A stretch of DNA of 64,000 nt from Mobula hypostoma. Taxonomy: Eukaryota. The stretch lies in contig NC_086097.1 of NCBI RefSeq assembly GCF_963921235.1, forward strand, positions 170,626,001 to 170,690,000, written 5' to 3'. Below the pieces are notes generated by a model, which saw only the letters and a program-made list of their open reading frames with translations, searched no databases and was not told where the DNA came from. A program made the position numbers and the translations under genes. Position 1 is the stretch's first letter. Every line of letters begins with the position of its first letter. Positions 52,141 through 64,000 of the stretch are shown in pieces.

Positions 52141-52879
52141 GGAGCTCGGAGGAGGGGGTGTGAAGAAGGGTGGAAAGGGACAAGTGAAATAGGTTGGGAC
52201 CCATCCACGGGCAGGTTACTAAGCTTCCTGTAGGAATCAGCAGTGCAGTTATTGCATCTCAATAAAACCTTGTCCTGGCATGTGTTCCAGATGGAGCTGT
52301 CACTATGGCGATGATGGACAACTGCACCCTCAATAACTACTGTATGAACCAGCTACTGTTTTGTGTCGGGCAGGACCCACCACTCTCATTGCTGAGTATT
52401 TCCCCTAGCTTTTACTGTTAAACAGCAGAAGACAGCTTTGTAAAAAGAATGTGACCACTGGGTGGGGTGAAAGTACAGAAATCTCTCAGCCCTGCAATAG
52501 AAACAAACAAAGCCTTCAGTACTTCTTGTTTTATCCTTCCCGGCGTTCCAACTAAACTGATCGGATTAGCAGAGAGTGACCTGCCGCAGAAATGCTGATG
52601 GCAAGGGCACAGGCTGAGTTAGGCTCAAATTAATGTTTCAGCACTGGAGGGGAATTGGGTATAAACTTGAAAACGAAACACTTGCAGGAATGTAGAGAAG
52701 GAGCAACAGGCTAAATTTGGAGAAACGCAAGCCGTTACAGTCTGTATTGCACTGCCCAAAAGGTAGGCGAAAGAAGACCTACTTTCCCCCCTGGGAGGAT
52801 ACAAAACTGGCAAAACATTGGAGAAAAGAGAGATCCACTATATTGACCTCACTAAAGACAGAATAAATCATTACAAGGA

Positions 52880-53590
52880 TATGATATTGGTATTGGTTTA
52901 AAATTATCACATGTACCATGATGTTCATACAGATCATATCATTAAATATTTGAATAAGGTAAAACACTAACAATAAGAAATAAAGTGTAAAATTTACTGA
53001 AACAGTAGGTGGGGTATTTGATTATGCTGGCTGCTTTACTGAGGCAGCCTGAAGAATAGACAGAGTCCATAGAGTGGAGGCTCGTTCCTGTGATGTGTTG
53101 AGCTCTGTCCACAACCCTCTGCAGTCTCCTGCATTCATGTTCAGAACAGTTGTTGTACTAAGTCTTTACACATCAAGGCAGAATGTTTTCAATGATGCAT
53201 GGATAAAAATTGGTAAGAGTTGACGGGGGAATGCCAAACTTATTTAGCCTCCTGAGGAAGTAGAGGCATTGGTGAACTTTTTGGCCTTGATATCAATGTG
53301 ATTGGATGAGGACAGGCTATTATCAATGTGATTGGATGAGGACAAGCTATTATCAATGTGATTGGATGAGGACAGGCTAATAATCATGTTCACAACTAGA
53401 AGCCTGAAGCTCTCAACCCTCTGAACCTCAACACCATCGATGTAGACAGAAGCATGTGCACCAAACTCCATTCTGAAATCAATGACCAGCTCTTGTGCTT
53501 TCTTAACATCGAGGTAAAGGTTTTTAACATGATACTGTGTCAATGAACTCTCTATCTTCTTTTTGTGCTCCGACTCATTGTGGCGGAAGT
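52880..53590 (-). mobile_element. Rex1/Babar LINE fragment
   Basis: NLYLDVKKAQELVIDFR...VYIDGVEVQRVESFRLL. Confidence 0.8.
53291..53380. repeat. Tandem repeat, 3 x 30 bp
   Basis: TATCAATGTGATTGGATGAGGACA(G/A)GCTA(T/A) three times, head to tail, with no spacers. Confidence 0.95.
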
Positions 53591-54104
53591 GTTACCGCCT
53601 ATCCTTATCGACTGCAGCATGTTGGTCAGGAAGTTAAGGGTCCATTGCAGAAGGAGATGAGTGCGATCTGGACTAGACATGGTGCACTGAAAGGTCTCAT
53701 TCTATGTCAGTCAGTCATTTCATGCTGATCACTTGAGAAATAACTGAAATAGCATAAATTTAAAAAGTCAAAGTTTATTGTCAAATATGTGTATGCGCAT
53801 ATTGGTGCAATAAAAAAATATTTATTTACTTCGAATATTGCATGGAACTGACTCTTCTTTCCTAACGAGTCGCACCGTTCACCAACCCAGCTACGTAACA
53901 CTAGCCTAATTTACAAAACAGGGCAATTTACAATGTTCATTAACCTACTAACCAGTATGCCTTTGGCTGTGATAGGAGACTGGGGCACCCAGAGGAAACC
54001 CAGGAAAATATACAAACTCTTTACAGACAACACCAAAATTGAATCCCAAACTCTGGAATGCCCTGTGCTGTAATAGCGTCATGCTAACTGCTGTGCTACA
54101 GTGG

Positions 54105-54480
54105 CAAGTAAGTGAAAAATTTACTTGCTGCAGCATCACTAGAAATCATTATTTATATACAATTTTTAAAATAAAGAAAACAATTAGAGCAAAAAAAATG
54201 GTCCATTTTAGTACAAATTGATCAAAGAGGTCATAGTGTTGCTAATCTGTAATGATTGGAGTTCTGCTGTTTGTTTCAAGAACTGAATGGTTGAAGTGAA
54301 GTATTTGTTCCTGAACCTGATAGTGTGGGATTTCAGTTTCCTGTACCGCCTGCCTGCTGGTAGCTGCAAGAAGATAGCATGGTACAAATGATGGAGATCT
54401 TTGATGATAACCATCAATTGAAAGCACGGCACTTGCTCCTTTATGGTCTTCTTTGAATAAGGACAGTTGTTCAATGAGGG
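54105..54480 (-). mobile_element. Rex1/Babar LINE 3' fragment
   Basis: IIKDLHHLYHAIFLQLPAGRRYRKLKSHTIRFRNKYF. Confidence 0.75.
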
Positions 54481-55649
54481 GATACAGATGGTCAGTACAA
54501 TTCTGTGTCTGTGTGTTACACAATTCAACTTTCAGCTACCAATGAAGCATGTTGTGATCAAAGACAAAAATGCCCTTAGGTTAAGTAATCTTCTGAACCG
54601 ATCAAAATGATCCCCAAATTAATCATTCAACCATAAGCAGACATACTTTCACATGTCAGTATTCTAAGTTGTGGAATTCCTTACCTAAACCCCACTCTGC
54701 ATCTTCAAGATGCTCCTCAAACCTATTTCTTAAACTACATGTTTATTAATTTTTTAATAATTTGTGTGGCATTGGTCAAATTTTATTTAATAATGCTACT
54801 TTGAAGTGAATTGGTTTATTTGTACTGGTTTATGTCTAGAGCAAACTGCACAATTAATTGTCCAAGCAGTTTATTATGGATTGCTATTCCGTATTATACT
54901 GTAAAACTAAAGACAGAATTACATCTTATTTAATTTGTCTTAAAGGACCTTATGCCAACCTGAATGTGGCTTGCCAAATGGAAAACCCATGTCAACATGC
55001 AAGCTGTCATGACAACGTCATTACCTAGCATGTCATTCTGTTCATCTCCAAGGTAACCCTTTGAAGCTATTTGCTACATCTAAATGGTATTGTCACTGTT
55101 GGCAACTGAACCATTTGACCTAACTAGCTTGACGTGGAATCTTCTCCTTCATAGGCTCCGAAGAGCACTTTTAATGATCCTACAAAATTCTTCAGACTTT
55201 TACCAATTTCACTAGCTTGTTTCAAATTTCTTCTCCTCTCATGAGATGCACACTCTTTATGCATCCAGCACTTGAAATGAATTACTATCCTGCAGTGTTA
55301 GCTGACTGTACAATTAATTCATAATCTTCAGTGCCTATTAGTGATGGGGTCATGGGAGATTTTCACTGTATAAACGAAACATATAAATGCAATGAAACAA
55401 GTCTGCTGGAGGAACATGGCAGGTAGAGCAGCATCTGTGATGAGGGGTAGGGGGGGGGTGGGAAGGAATTGCTGATGTTTCCAGTTGAGACCCTGTATCA
55501 GGACTGAGAATGGAGATGGGAGAGGTTCCTTTCTGCTTACAGACAGAGTTCAATCCCCTGAGTTCCTCCAGCAATTTGTTTTTCACCTCAGATCCCAGTA
55601 GCTGCAGTGTAATGTGCAGCCATATAAATGTAAGCAATTGTTTAATGGG

Positions 55650-56500
55650 ACCATAAGACCATTGGAGCAATTCAGTCCACCAAATATGCTTCACTGTTCT
55701 ATTATGGCTAATTAATTATTCCTCTCAACCCCATTCTCCTGCTTGCTTCCCGTAACCTTTAATGTCCTTACTAATCAAGAACCTATCAAACTCCACTTTA
55801 AGTATACCAAATACCTTCTCCTTAGTAACTCACTTCTGGCCTCTGACCCTCTTGAATTTCTGGCATATTGCTAATGTATTTCACAATGAAGAATGACACA
55901 AAATAATTATTGAGTACATCCACCCTCATTACTCTCATTATTACATCTCCAGTGCCATTTTCCAGCAGTCCAAAATCCATTCTTGCCTGTCTTTTTATAT
56001 ATTTGAAGAAAAACCTTTGGTATCCCCCTTTATGTAATTGGCCAGCTTACCTTATTATTTCCATTTTTTTCTCTCATTAGTTATTTTTTATTTGCCTTTT
56101 GTTGGTTTTTGACAGTTGCACAATCCTTTAGCTTCTCACTAATTTTTGCTACTTTGTATGCCTTTGCTTTTGTTGTTACGTTGTCTTTGACTTTCCTATC
56201 AGTCACATTTGCCTCATCCTCCCTTTAAAGTACTTGTTCTTCATTGGGATGAATCTATTCTACACCTTCTGAATTGCTACCAGAAATTCCAACCATTGTC
56301 ATTCTGCTGTCATCCCACCAGGTGCCCTTTTCTAACCAACTTTCGCCAGCTCTGTAGTTCCCTTTGCTCCACTGTAATACTGATACATCTGATTTTAGCT
56401 TTACCCTCTCAAACTGCAGGGTGAGTTCTATCATATTATGATCACTTTCACCTAAGGGTTCCTTGACCTTAAACTCACTGATCAAATCTGTTTCTTCAGA
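55650..56500 (-). mobile_element. CR1 LINE remnant (endonuclease end to 3' UTR, deleted)
   Basis: VKEPLGESDHNMIEL (APE SDH motif), with a CR1 3' UTR at 55650-55800. Confidence 0.75.
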
Positions 56501-57303
56501 CTGAATATAAGATATATTGCCAGTAAAATACTGCACAGTTTGCATTACTCAGATATAGGCCAATTGGCTCAATAGGCCATAGTATTTATACTCTACTCAA
56601 GCATCCTCTTGTCTTTCCTGATAAAGGATGAACTCTTAAACTCCTGATCTCCCAATCTACCTCATCTTGGCCATTGCATTTTATCTGTCTACCTGCATTA
56701 CACTTTCTCTATAGCTGTAACACCAAATTCTGCATTCTGATTCCTTCTTACTATCTAAGTACATAGATAGGAGAGAGTTAGAGGGCTATAGAGCAAATGT
56801 AGGTAGATGGAACTAATTGCTGGGTAACACAATCAACAGAGGAGTTGGGCCAAAGGGTTTGTTTCTGTGCTGTAAGTCTCTATAACTGTATAACATTGGT
56901 CTAAACGTGCATGAGGTGATCTGTCTGGATGGCATGCAAAACAGAAGCTTTTCACTGTATCAGTTCACGTGACAACAATAAACAAATTATTATAATAATA
57001 ATCATATTAATGTAACCCTTCTTTCCCCTCTCCCTCCTCAGCCTGTCTATGATCTCAGGGATAATCAATGCCATTTACCCCAGTCACTCTCTATGGCAGT
57101 CAGTTCCTCATTCTCTCTATCCTCTGAGTAAAGAAAACTTTCCTTGCCAGGTTTCTTGGTGATTTATTGGAAGGTTTTCTAAGGAACAAGATATTTAAGT
57201 ATTAGGATATACAGGGCCTGATTAGGGATAATCAACATAGTTTTCTGTGTGGTAGGCTGTGTCTAACCAATCTAGTAGAGTTTTTTGAGGAGGTTACCAG
57301 GAA

Positions 57304-57592
57304 ACTACTACTATTACTACTACTACGTCGACTCAGGCCTAGGGGGCCGACGTTGGGCATGATGACGGACTCTCCACTTCTCCCTCTCCCTCATCAGTGT
57401 GTTCAGTTCATCCACATTAGCCACGCCGCTGTCTTCTAGGAGCGTGTTGACCATAGTCTTGGGAGGGTGCCCAGGGTTCATCCTCCCATGCTTGGGCTCC
57501 CATATGATGACTAGGCTGGCAGGTAGCTCGGGATGGCGTAGACAGTGCCCCGCTAGTTGTAGTCTTCTCACTCGATTTTAGTGGTGAGCATC
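57304..57592 (-). mobile_element. RTE-clade (RTE-X-like) LINE 3' end with (TAG)n tail
   Basis: RRLQLAGHCLRHPELPASLVIIWEPKHG...PPKTMVNTLLED...MREREKWR, with (CTA)n at 57305-57326 on the plus strand. Confidence 0.8.
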
Positions 57593-57685
57593 GGTGGTGG
57601 TGGTGGTAGTATCACCACCACCACCACCACCACCACCACCAGCAGGAGAAGTGTTGAAGGAAAGGCAGTGGACTTTATCTACATA

Positions 57686-58381
57686 AACCATAGAACCATA
57701 GAACCATAGATACTACAGCACAGAAACAGGCCCTTTGGCCCTTCTTGGCTGTGCCGAACCATTTTCTGCCTTATCCCACTTACCTGCACACGGACCATAT
57801 CCCTCCATACACCTCCCATCCATGTATCTGTCCAATTTATTCTTAAATGTTAAAAAAGAACCCGCATTTACCACCTCATCTGGCAGCTCATTCCATACTC
57901 CCACCACTCTCTGTGTGAAGAAGCCCCCCCTAATGTTCCCTTTAAACTTTTCCCCCTTCACCCTTAACCCATGTCCTCTGGTTTTTTTCTCCCCTTGCCT
58001 CAGTGGAAAAAGCCTGCTTGCATTCACTCTATCTATACCCATCATAATTTTATATACCTCTATCAAATCTCCCCTCATTCTTCTACGCTCCAGGGAATAA
58101 AGTCCTAACCTATTCAACCTTTCTCTGTAACTGAGTTTCTCAAGTCCCGGCAACATCCTTGTAAACCTTCTCTGCACTCTTTCAACCTTATTTATATCCT
58201 TCCTGTAATTTGGTGACCAAAACTGAACACAATACTCCAGATTCGGCCTCACCAATGCCTTATACAACCTCATCATAACATTCCAGCTCGTATACTCAAT
58301 ACTTCGATTAATAAAGGCCAATGTACCAAAAGCTCTCTTTACGACCCTATCTACCTGTGATGACACTTTTAGGGAATTTTG
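57686..58381 (-). mobile_element. Young CR1 3' end with uninterrupted ORF2 C-terminus
   Basis: ORF 57713-58411 is open throughout (LYKALVRPNLEYCVQFWSP...FFTQRVVGVWNELP). Terminal (AACCATAG)x3 octamer repeat. Confidence 0.92.
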
Positions 58382-59394
58382 TTTAGCAAGGCCTTTGACA
58401 AAGTCCTGCATTGGAGGCTGATCCAGAAGATTCAGTCACTTGGCATTCTCAATTAAGTTGTAAAATAAATTCAACATCGGCTTAGCAATTGCTAGGGAAT
58501 GACAGCAGATGGTTGCCCCTCTGATTGGAGACCTGTGACTAGTGGTGTACACTGTGGTTGGTACTGGGTTCGTGATTGTTGATCATCTATATTCATGACT
58601 TGAAAAATAATGTGATAAACCGTATCAGTAAATTTGCAGATGACTCCAATATTGGGAGTGTAGAGGATAGTGAAGAAGTCTGTCAAAGCTTGCAGTGGGA
58701 TCAGGACTAGATGGAAAAATTGGCTGCAAAATGGCACATGAAAATTAATGCAGACAAGTATGAAGTGTTCTGCTTTGGGAAGTCAAACCAGAGTAGGACC
58801 TACACAGTGAACTGTAGGGCACTGAGGAGTGCAGTAAAAGAAGGGATGTGATAAAGCAGATATATAATTCCTTGAAAATTGTGTCTCAAGTAGATAAGAG
58901 TCATAAAGAGAGCTTATGACATTGGCCTTAAGATATCAATAAGATTTAAAGAGTACCGAGAAATTTTACAAGAGTGGTGCCGGGACTTGAGGACCTAAGT
59001 TATTATGAAAAGTTGAATAAGTTACGATTCAGGGGAGATTTGATAGAGATATACAAAATTATGAGGTATATAGATGCAGGCTTTTTTCACTGAGGTTGGA
59101 GGAGACTTCAACTACAGGTCCGAGGTTAAGGATGAAATGTAAAATATTTAAGGGTGACCTGAGGGGGAGATTCTTCACTCAGAAGGTGGTGTGACTGTGG
59201 AAAGAAACTGCCAGCAGAAGTGGTGGATGTAGGTTTGATTGCAGCACAAGAGAAGTTTGGATGAGTACATCAATGGGAGGGGTATGGAAGGATATAGTCC
59301 GGGTGCAGATTGATGGGACTAGGCAGAATAATAGTTCAGCACAGACTGTATGGGCTGAAGGGCCTTGATTGTCTTATACCTACGGCAAATCCTT

Positions 59395-60275
59395 CCCACA
59401 ATGGAAACATTCTCTCTGCTTCCACAAATTTGTAAGATACCTGTTAACCTGAGATTCATTTTAATGTAGGCATCCTCAATTAATCCATATAATAATAAAC
59501 GTAACAGAATCAATGAAAGACCCTCCAACTTGGGCATTCCTCCAGAGTGCAGAAGACAAAAAACTGTGCAAATACAAAAATAAATAATAATAATAAAAAA
59601 ATAAGCTATAAATATTGAGAACATGAGATGAAGAGTCCTTGAAGTTGAGTTCATTGGTTGTGGGAATATTTCAGTGATTGGGCAAGTGAAGTTATCCCCT
59701 CTGGTTCAAGAGCTTGATGGTTGAGAGGTAGTAACTGCTCCTAAACCTGGTGGTATGAGTCCTGAGGCTCCTGTACCTTCTTCCTCATGGCAGCAGTGAG
59801 AAGAGAGCATGTTTTGGGTGGTGGGGTTCCCTGATGATGGACACTTCTTTTCTGCAACATCATTTCATGTGGATGTGCTGAATAGTCGGGAGGTCTTTAT
59901 TCGTGGTGAACTGGGCTGTATCCACTATTTTTTGTAGGATTTGCCGTACGAGGACATTGGTATTTCCTTACCAGGCTATGATGCGGCCAGTCAATATACT
60001 CTCCACTACACATCTATGGAGGCTTATCAGGGTTTTAGTTGTCAGGTCGAATTTCTGCAAATTGCTAAGGAATTAGAGGTGCTGTAGTGCTTTCTTCATA
60101 ATTGTATTTACATGCTGGGCCCAGGGCAGGTCCTCTGAAAAAATAGCACAGAGGAAATTAAAGTTGTTGACACTCTCCATCTCTGATCCTCCAATAAGGA
60201 CTGGCTAATGCACATCTGAGTTCCTTCCCCTGAAGTCAATAATGAGCTCCTTGGTCTTGTTGACATTGAGTAAGA
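59395..60275 (-). mobile_element. Rex1/Babar LINE 3' portion
   Basis: Reverse complement LNVNKTKELIIDFR...LLPxGRRYRSLRTHTTRFR followed by the 3' UTR. Confidence 0.8.
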
Positions 60276-60539
60276 TATCTAAAGTGGAGGTTGATAGGTT
60301 CTTGATTAGTAAGGGTGTCAAAAATTATGGGTAGAAGCAGGAAAATTGAGATGAGTGGAAAAATTAATCAGCCATGATTGAATAGCAGAGCAGACTTAAT
60401 GGGCTGAATGACCTAATTCTGCTCCTAAGTCTAATGATTTTATGGTCCTATAATCAGAAAAGATTCTGTAGATGATAGAAATCTTGAGCAAAAGGCAGAA
60501 AGTCTGGAAGAATTCATCAACTCAGGCAGCTTCTGTGGA

Positions 60540-61225
60540 GGGGGCTAAACTGCAGTTCTGTGCAGTGGTGTGTTCCTGTTCTTGGAGCTCACCAATCGAT
60601 CCTGTTTTCGATAGCTCCAGGAGTGGCCTGAAGATGGGTGCCTTCAGGTTGTGGCCTAATGCAGCCCTGTGGACTCGATTTCTCATCGACTTTGCAAACT
60701 GAAACATTGCAGGGAGCTGGAACAAAGACAGTGAGTGCAGCTGTCCGAGACCTCTGCACTCGGGTAATTGTCCTCTCTTTCAATGGTGAGTGAGTTGGGA
60801 GAACTTGAAATAAAAGCGGCGCTACAGAGAGACTGTAACATTGAAATAGCAACTGTTTGTCTCTCCTCTCGAGTGATATATCTCTCTCCCTCATTGCTGA
60901 GAGTGAGAGACTGAAGGATGTTGAACTGTTGGAATGAGCAGTAGCTTTTGATGGACTGTAGGCCATGGTCTCTCTTCAGGGCTTTGCTGTTGTTTGCATG
61001 GTGTGTGGTGGGAGTGCTGATGATTTCTGCTGGAATAAGTAGTGGGTGAGGGAAGAAGGAGGGCTGATGCTGCTTGTGCATGGGAGGGGGGGCGGCAAGC
61101 TTTTGGGGTTCTTTCTTTATTTCCGTCATTCATTCTTTGGGGTTTTTTTCTGCTTCAAGGCTGTCTGTAGAGAGGAAGAATTTCAGATTGTATATTTTGT
61201 GCATTCTCTGATATTCAGTGGAAGC
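60540..61225 (+). mobile_element. Probable non-autonomous retroelement with Rex-like 3' tail
   Basis: CpG-containing non-coding body ending GAAGAATTTCAGATTGTATATTTTGTGCATTCTCTGATA, similar to the Rex tail near 35865-35905. Confidence 0.4.
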
Positions 61226-62787
61226 CTTGAAACAGTCGACTATACCCTTTTAGGGAGGGAGTTATCTTTCTGCTTTTGTTTGTGGCTTTGCAGTGGTTTA
61301 TCATAACTGAATAGCTTGCTATGTCACTTCAGAGGACGGCTAAGAATGCCATGGTGCTGAAGTCATGTGGATGTGTACAACAATCAGCCCCAGTCATCAT
61401 TAAAGGTTGTATCACCTGAATTCAAATTGATCACATTCTGCTGTGGTGGGGTTCAAACCAACGTATCCTGAATATTAATCCAGTGCTAACACCACAGTGC
61501 CATCACCTCCCTCTCTGCGGTGTGACCCTCCCCTGCTCTGATGCCAGCTGCCACCAAGCATCAGTTCATAGGGAATTCCTGTCACTGAGAAGTATTATGT
61601 AGTTTTTAAGGATTAACTAGTAATTATAGCTTAGCCCATCATTTAAAAAATGCACCCGGATGCCTTGTAACCCAAGTAGAAAATAGTCAGGTATTTCATC
61701 TTGAAATTAGTTTGTCAGCCACTTGAATCCACATGTTAACATGTTTACCTGAGAGAGGTGCCAACAGTACAGTCTGTCAAGAAGTGTTGCATCACTGACA
61801 GCGACGACAAGATTTTCTGCATCAAACTTTACATCTGTGGAAACCACAACCTTGCTGCAATATCCATGCAGCCAAGGTGGTGAACGCAAATAATTTTGCC
61901 ATTATTACTGCCACAAAATCCTTACCAGTATATCCCTAGATATTCAGATGGCCCTGGAACAGATGGCATTGTGCTTCCCTGTGTCAGTTGGTACATTTGC
62001 TTCTGCCTGTTACTGTGCTTCGCTCAGTTCTTTACTCTTTTGTCCTGTCCCTTTCTCTCTGTGCTGCACTTTCTTTACCACCCTGCTCTAGGTGTGAAAT
62101 TTGGTGTAACTCAATAAATTATACAACATCGTTTCCTTCTGTTCCCTGTGGAGATATGACTATGAAACTCCAATGTCGTTAATAGTACTTTTTTGAACGG
62201 AAGCATGTCTTAATATTGAGTGTATCCAATCTAATCTTATGCTGCCATTGTGACATAGCCCCAGTTGGTGCTGTAATTTTGTTTGCTATCATTCCCGAGA
62301 AAGGGGTTCCATTCCACGCTTTGTTTTCTCTGCTGTTGTTTAGTGTGAGGTGGGGGGGCCTCCCTTCTGTTCCCAGGCTGGTGGCTGGAATTGCCCCCAA
62401 TTTGTTCCGGCCCTCTCCTGCCAACCACAGAATGCAGAAGGAACTCGGGTCATTAGGCTGAGCAGGAAGCCTGACCCTGGTCTGAATGCAGAAGGTTCAT
62501 CCTTTCAGCTGTGCCAATCAGGCATGTGTGTGAACACATTTACTGTGGGGAGGCGGGGCAGAGGCATCCACTAGTTCAGTGATTTAAAGCAAAATTCTCT
62601 TTTTTATGTCCCTCTCCTTTTTTTTATGTTATTCAGTTGTTTTTTGTTTGGCCTGAGAGCAGCTCTGCCAGCATCTGCCACCTCTCAAGCAACTGAGGGT
62701 TATATCTTTTTAAAGAACTGGCAGTAATTCAGTGGCAGAGAATGAATTCTTTCAAACTGAATGTTGCAACCTTGTTTTAAAGTGCAT

Positions 62788-62789
<2 letters not shown>

Positions 62790-62827
<38 letters not shown>

Positions 62828-63080
62828 AAATGCAAACACAGACACAAACCCCACACACTTACTCACCTACACAAAAGCCTACCCACACACCCACAAATAC
62901 AAACACAGACACACGCACAACCATCCAGAAACACACATACTGAAATAGTGACAAAAATACACCAAGTTCGATGGCCATGTAGACACAAGAACACACACAG
63001 CCAGGTATACGGATACACACGTGAACACAGACTTGCACATATTGCAAGCATGTATAGACCCACTCTGAAACACACAGAGG
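62790..63080. repeat. (CA)n microsatellite and degenerate CA-rich tract
   Basis: Perfect CA run at about 62789-62823 followed by imperfect CA-rich sequence. Confidence 0.9.
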
Positions 63081-63385
63081 CAAAGGCATACTTACCTCCT
63101 CAGTGAGCAGCTTAAAATCTGTTCTTGTGCCAATGGATCAAAACCTTGATAGGATTTACCAAGCAAACAGGATTGAAATAGTACCGGTGAAGTCACTGCA
63201 GGAATTCTATGCAGGGTATTATGCTGCAATGTTCATTCAAGGGAGTTTAACATCTCTTACTTTACCACAGATTTCTGTCGGCAGAAAGCTGCAGCAAAAC
63301 ATGAAGATGGTACCGAGTCTCCCACTGTCATTTTAACTACAATATCCACCCTCCATGCTACAGGCAGGACATGGTTCAAGTATAG

Positions 63386-63550
63386 AAAGTGCTGGAAACA
63401 CTCAGCAGGTCAGGTAGCATCCATGGACAGAAATATGGATTTAGCATTTCAGTTCAAAGACTTCTGATGAAGATTATCCACCATGAAACATGAATTTTCT
63501 TTCTCTTTCTACAGGTACTGCCTGACCATCTGAGTGCTCCCAGTATTCTC
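63386..63550. mobile_element. Miniature inverted PLE-end derivative
   Basis: GCTGGAAACACTCAGCAGGTCAGGTAGCA ... TACTGCCTGACCATCTGAGTGCTCCCAG inverted arms with central CTGATGA...TGAAACAT. Confidence 0.6.
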
Positions 63551-63569
63551 TATATTTATTTTTGAATTC

Positions 63570-63932
63570 CATGTAAATGGATAGGATGGTAAAGAAGGCA
63601 TATGGTATGCTTGCCTTCATTGGTTGGGCACAAAGTAGAAGAGTCAGGAGCTCAATGGTTAAGCCACACTTAGAGTATTATGTGTAATTCTGGTTCCTTA
63701 TTACAGGAGGGATGAGGAGGGTTGGAGAGAGTGCAGAAGTTTCTGTTTAAACATCCTCTATACTGCTTGGATTAGAGGGTATCAACTTTAAGGAATGGTT
63801 GGGCAAACTTGGGTTGTTTTATATGGAGTGTATATGGCTGAGGCAAGATGTGATAGAAGTTTATAACATAATGACAGGCACAGATATACAGTCAGAAACT
63901 TCTTCCCAGGGTAGTAATGTTAAGTACTAGAT
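63570..63932 (+). mobile_element. CR1 fragment
   Basis: VKPHLEYYV*FW...LERVQK pattern. Confidence 0.7.
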
Positions 63933-64000
63933 CAGGGATCCCCAACCTTTTTTGCACCACGGACCGGTTTAATATTGACAATATTCTTGCGGACTGGCTG
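63933..64000 (+). mobile_element. Left end of a hAT-Charlie-type element (runs off the window)
   Basis: CAGGGATCCCCAACC terminus preceded by TACTAGAT, similar to the Charlie NTCTAGAN target. Confidence 0.7.

Larger units (their letters stand above)
57190..59370 (+). mobile_element. CR1 LINE hosting two younger insertions
   Basis: CLTNLVEFFEEVTR | (insert) | EGKAVD.IY | (insert) | FSKAFDKVLH...KFADD...3' UTR, collinear once the inserts are removed. Confidence 0.82.

Noticed and set aside
53291..53380. 30-bp repeats as a CRISPR array
   Set aside because: No spacers, no cas genes, eukaryotic context, and the repeats lie within a LINE.
62761..63089. His/Thr- or Val/Cys-rich ORFs
   Set aside because: Translations of the (CA)n tract.

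Overview
Eukaryotic, intronic/intergenic, extremely repeat-rich DNA that looks like a cartilaginous fish, probably a ray (inferred from the repeat mix: CR1, Rex1/Babar, Penelope-like, HE1/V-SINE-like). I found no convincing host protein-coding gene. The recognisable ORFs in the track are decayed transposon fragments (PLE RT and GIY-YIG, CR1 and Rex1/Babar ORF2, RTE, Gypsy gag/integrase, hAT transposase). Elements with definable ends or target-site duplications (TSDs): three Penelope-like insertions with inverted arms, a rearranged Gypsy provirus, one clear and one probable solo LTR, a Tc1-type deletion derivative, three hAT elements, a tRNA/CORE SINE, an L1 3' end and an RTE 3' end, often nested. 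The most notable signal is a minimal type I hammerhead-ribozyme motif (consensus AGTC-CTGATGA-AGGG-N6-CCC-GAAACGTC-GACT) in the 3' tail of the Penelope-like family. It occurs in more than ten copies, one with an intact core. These elements repeatedly have asymmetric inverted arms, with a 30-40 nt extension on one arm only. Boundaries without a stated TSD are approximate, and family names come from recognised motifs, not database searches.
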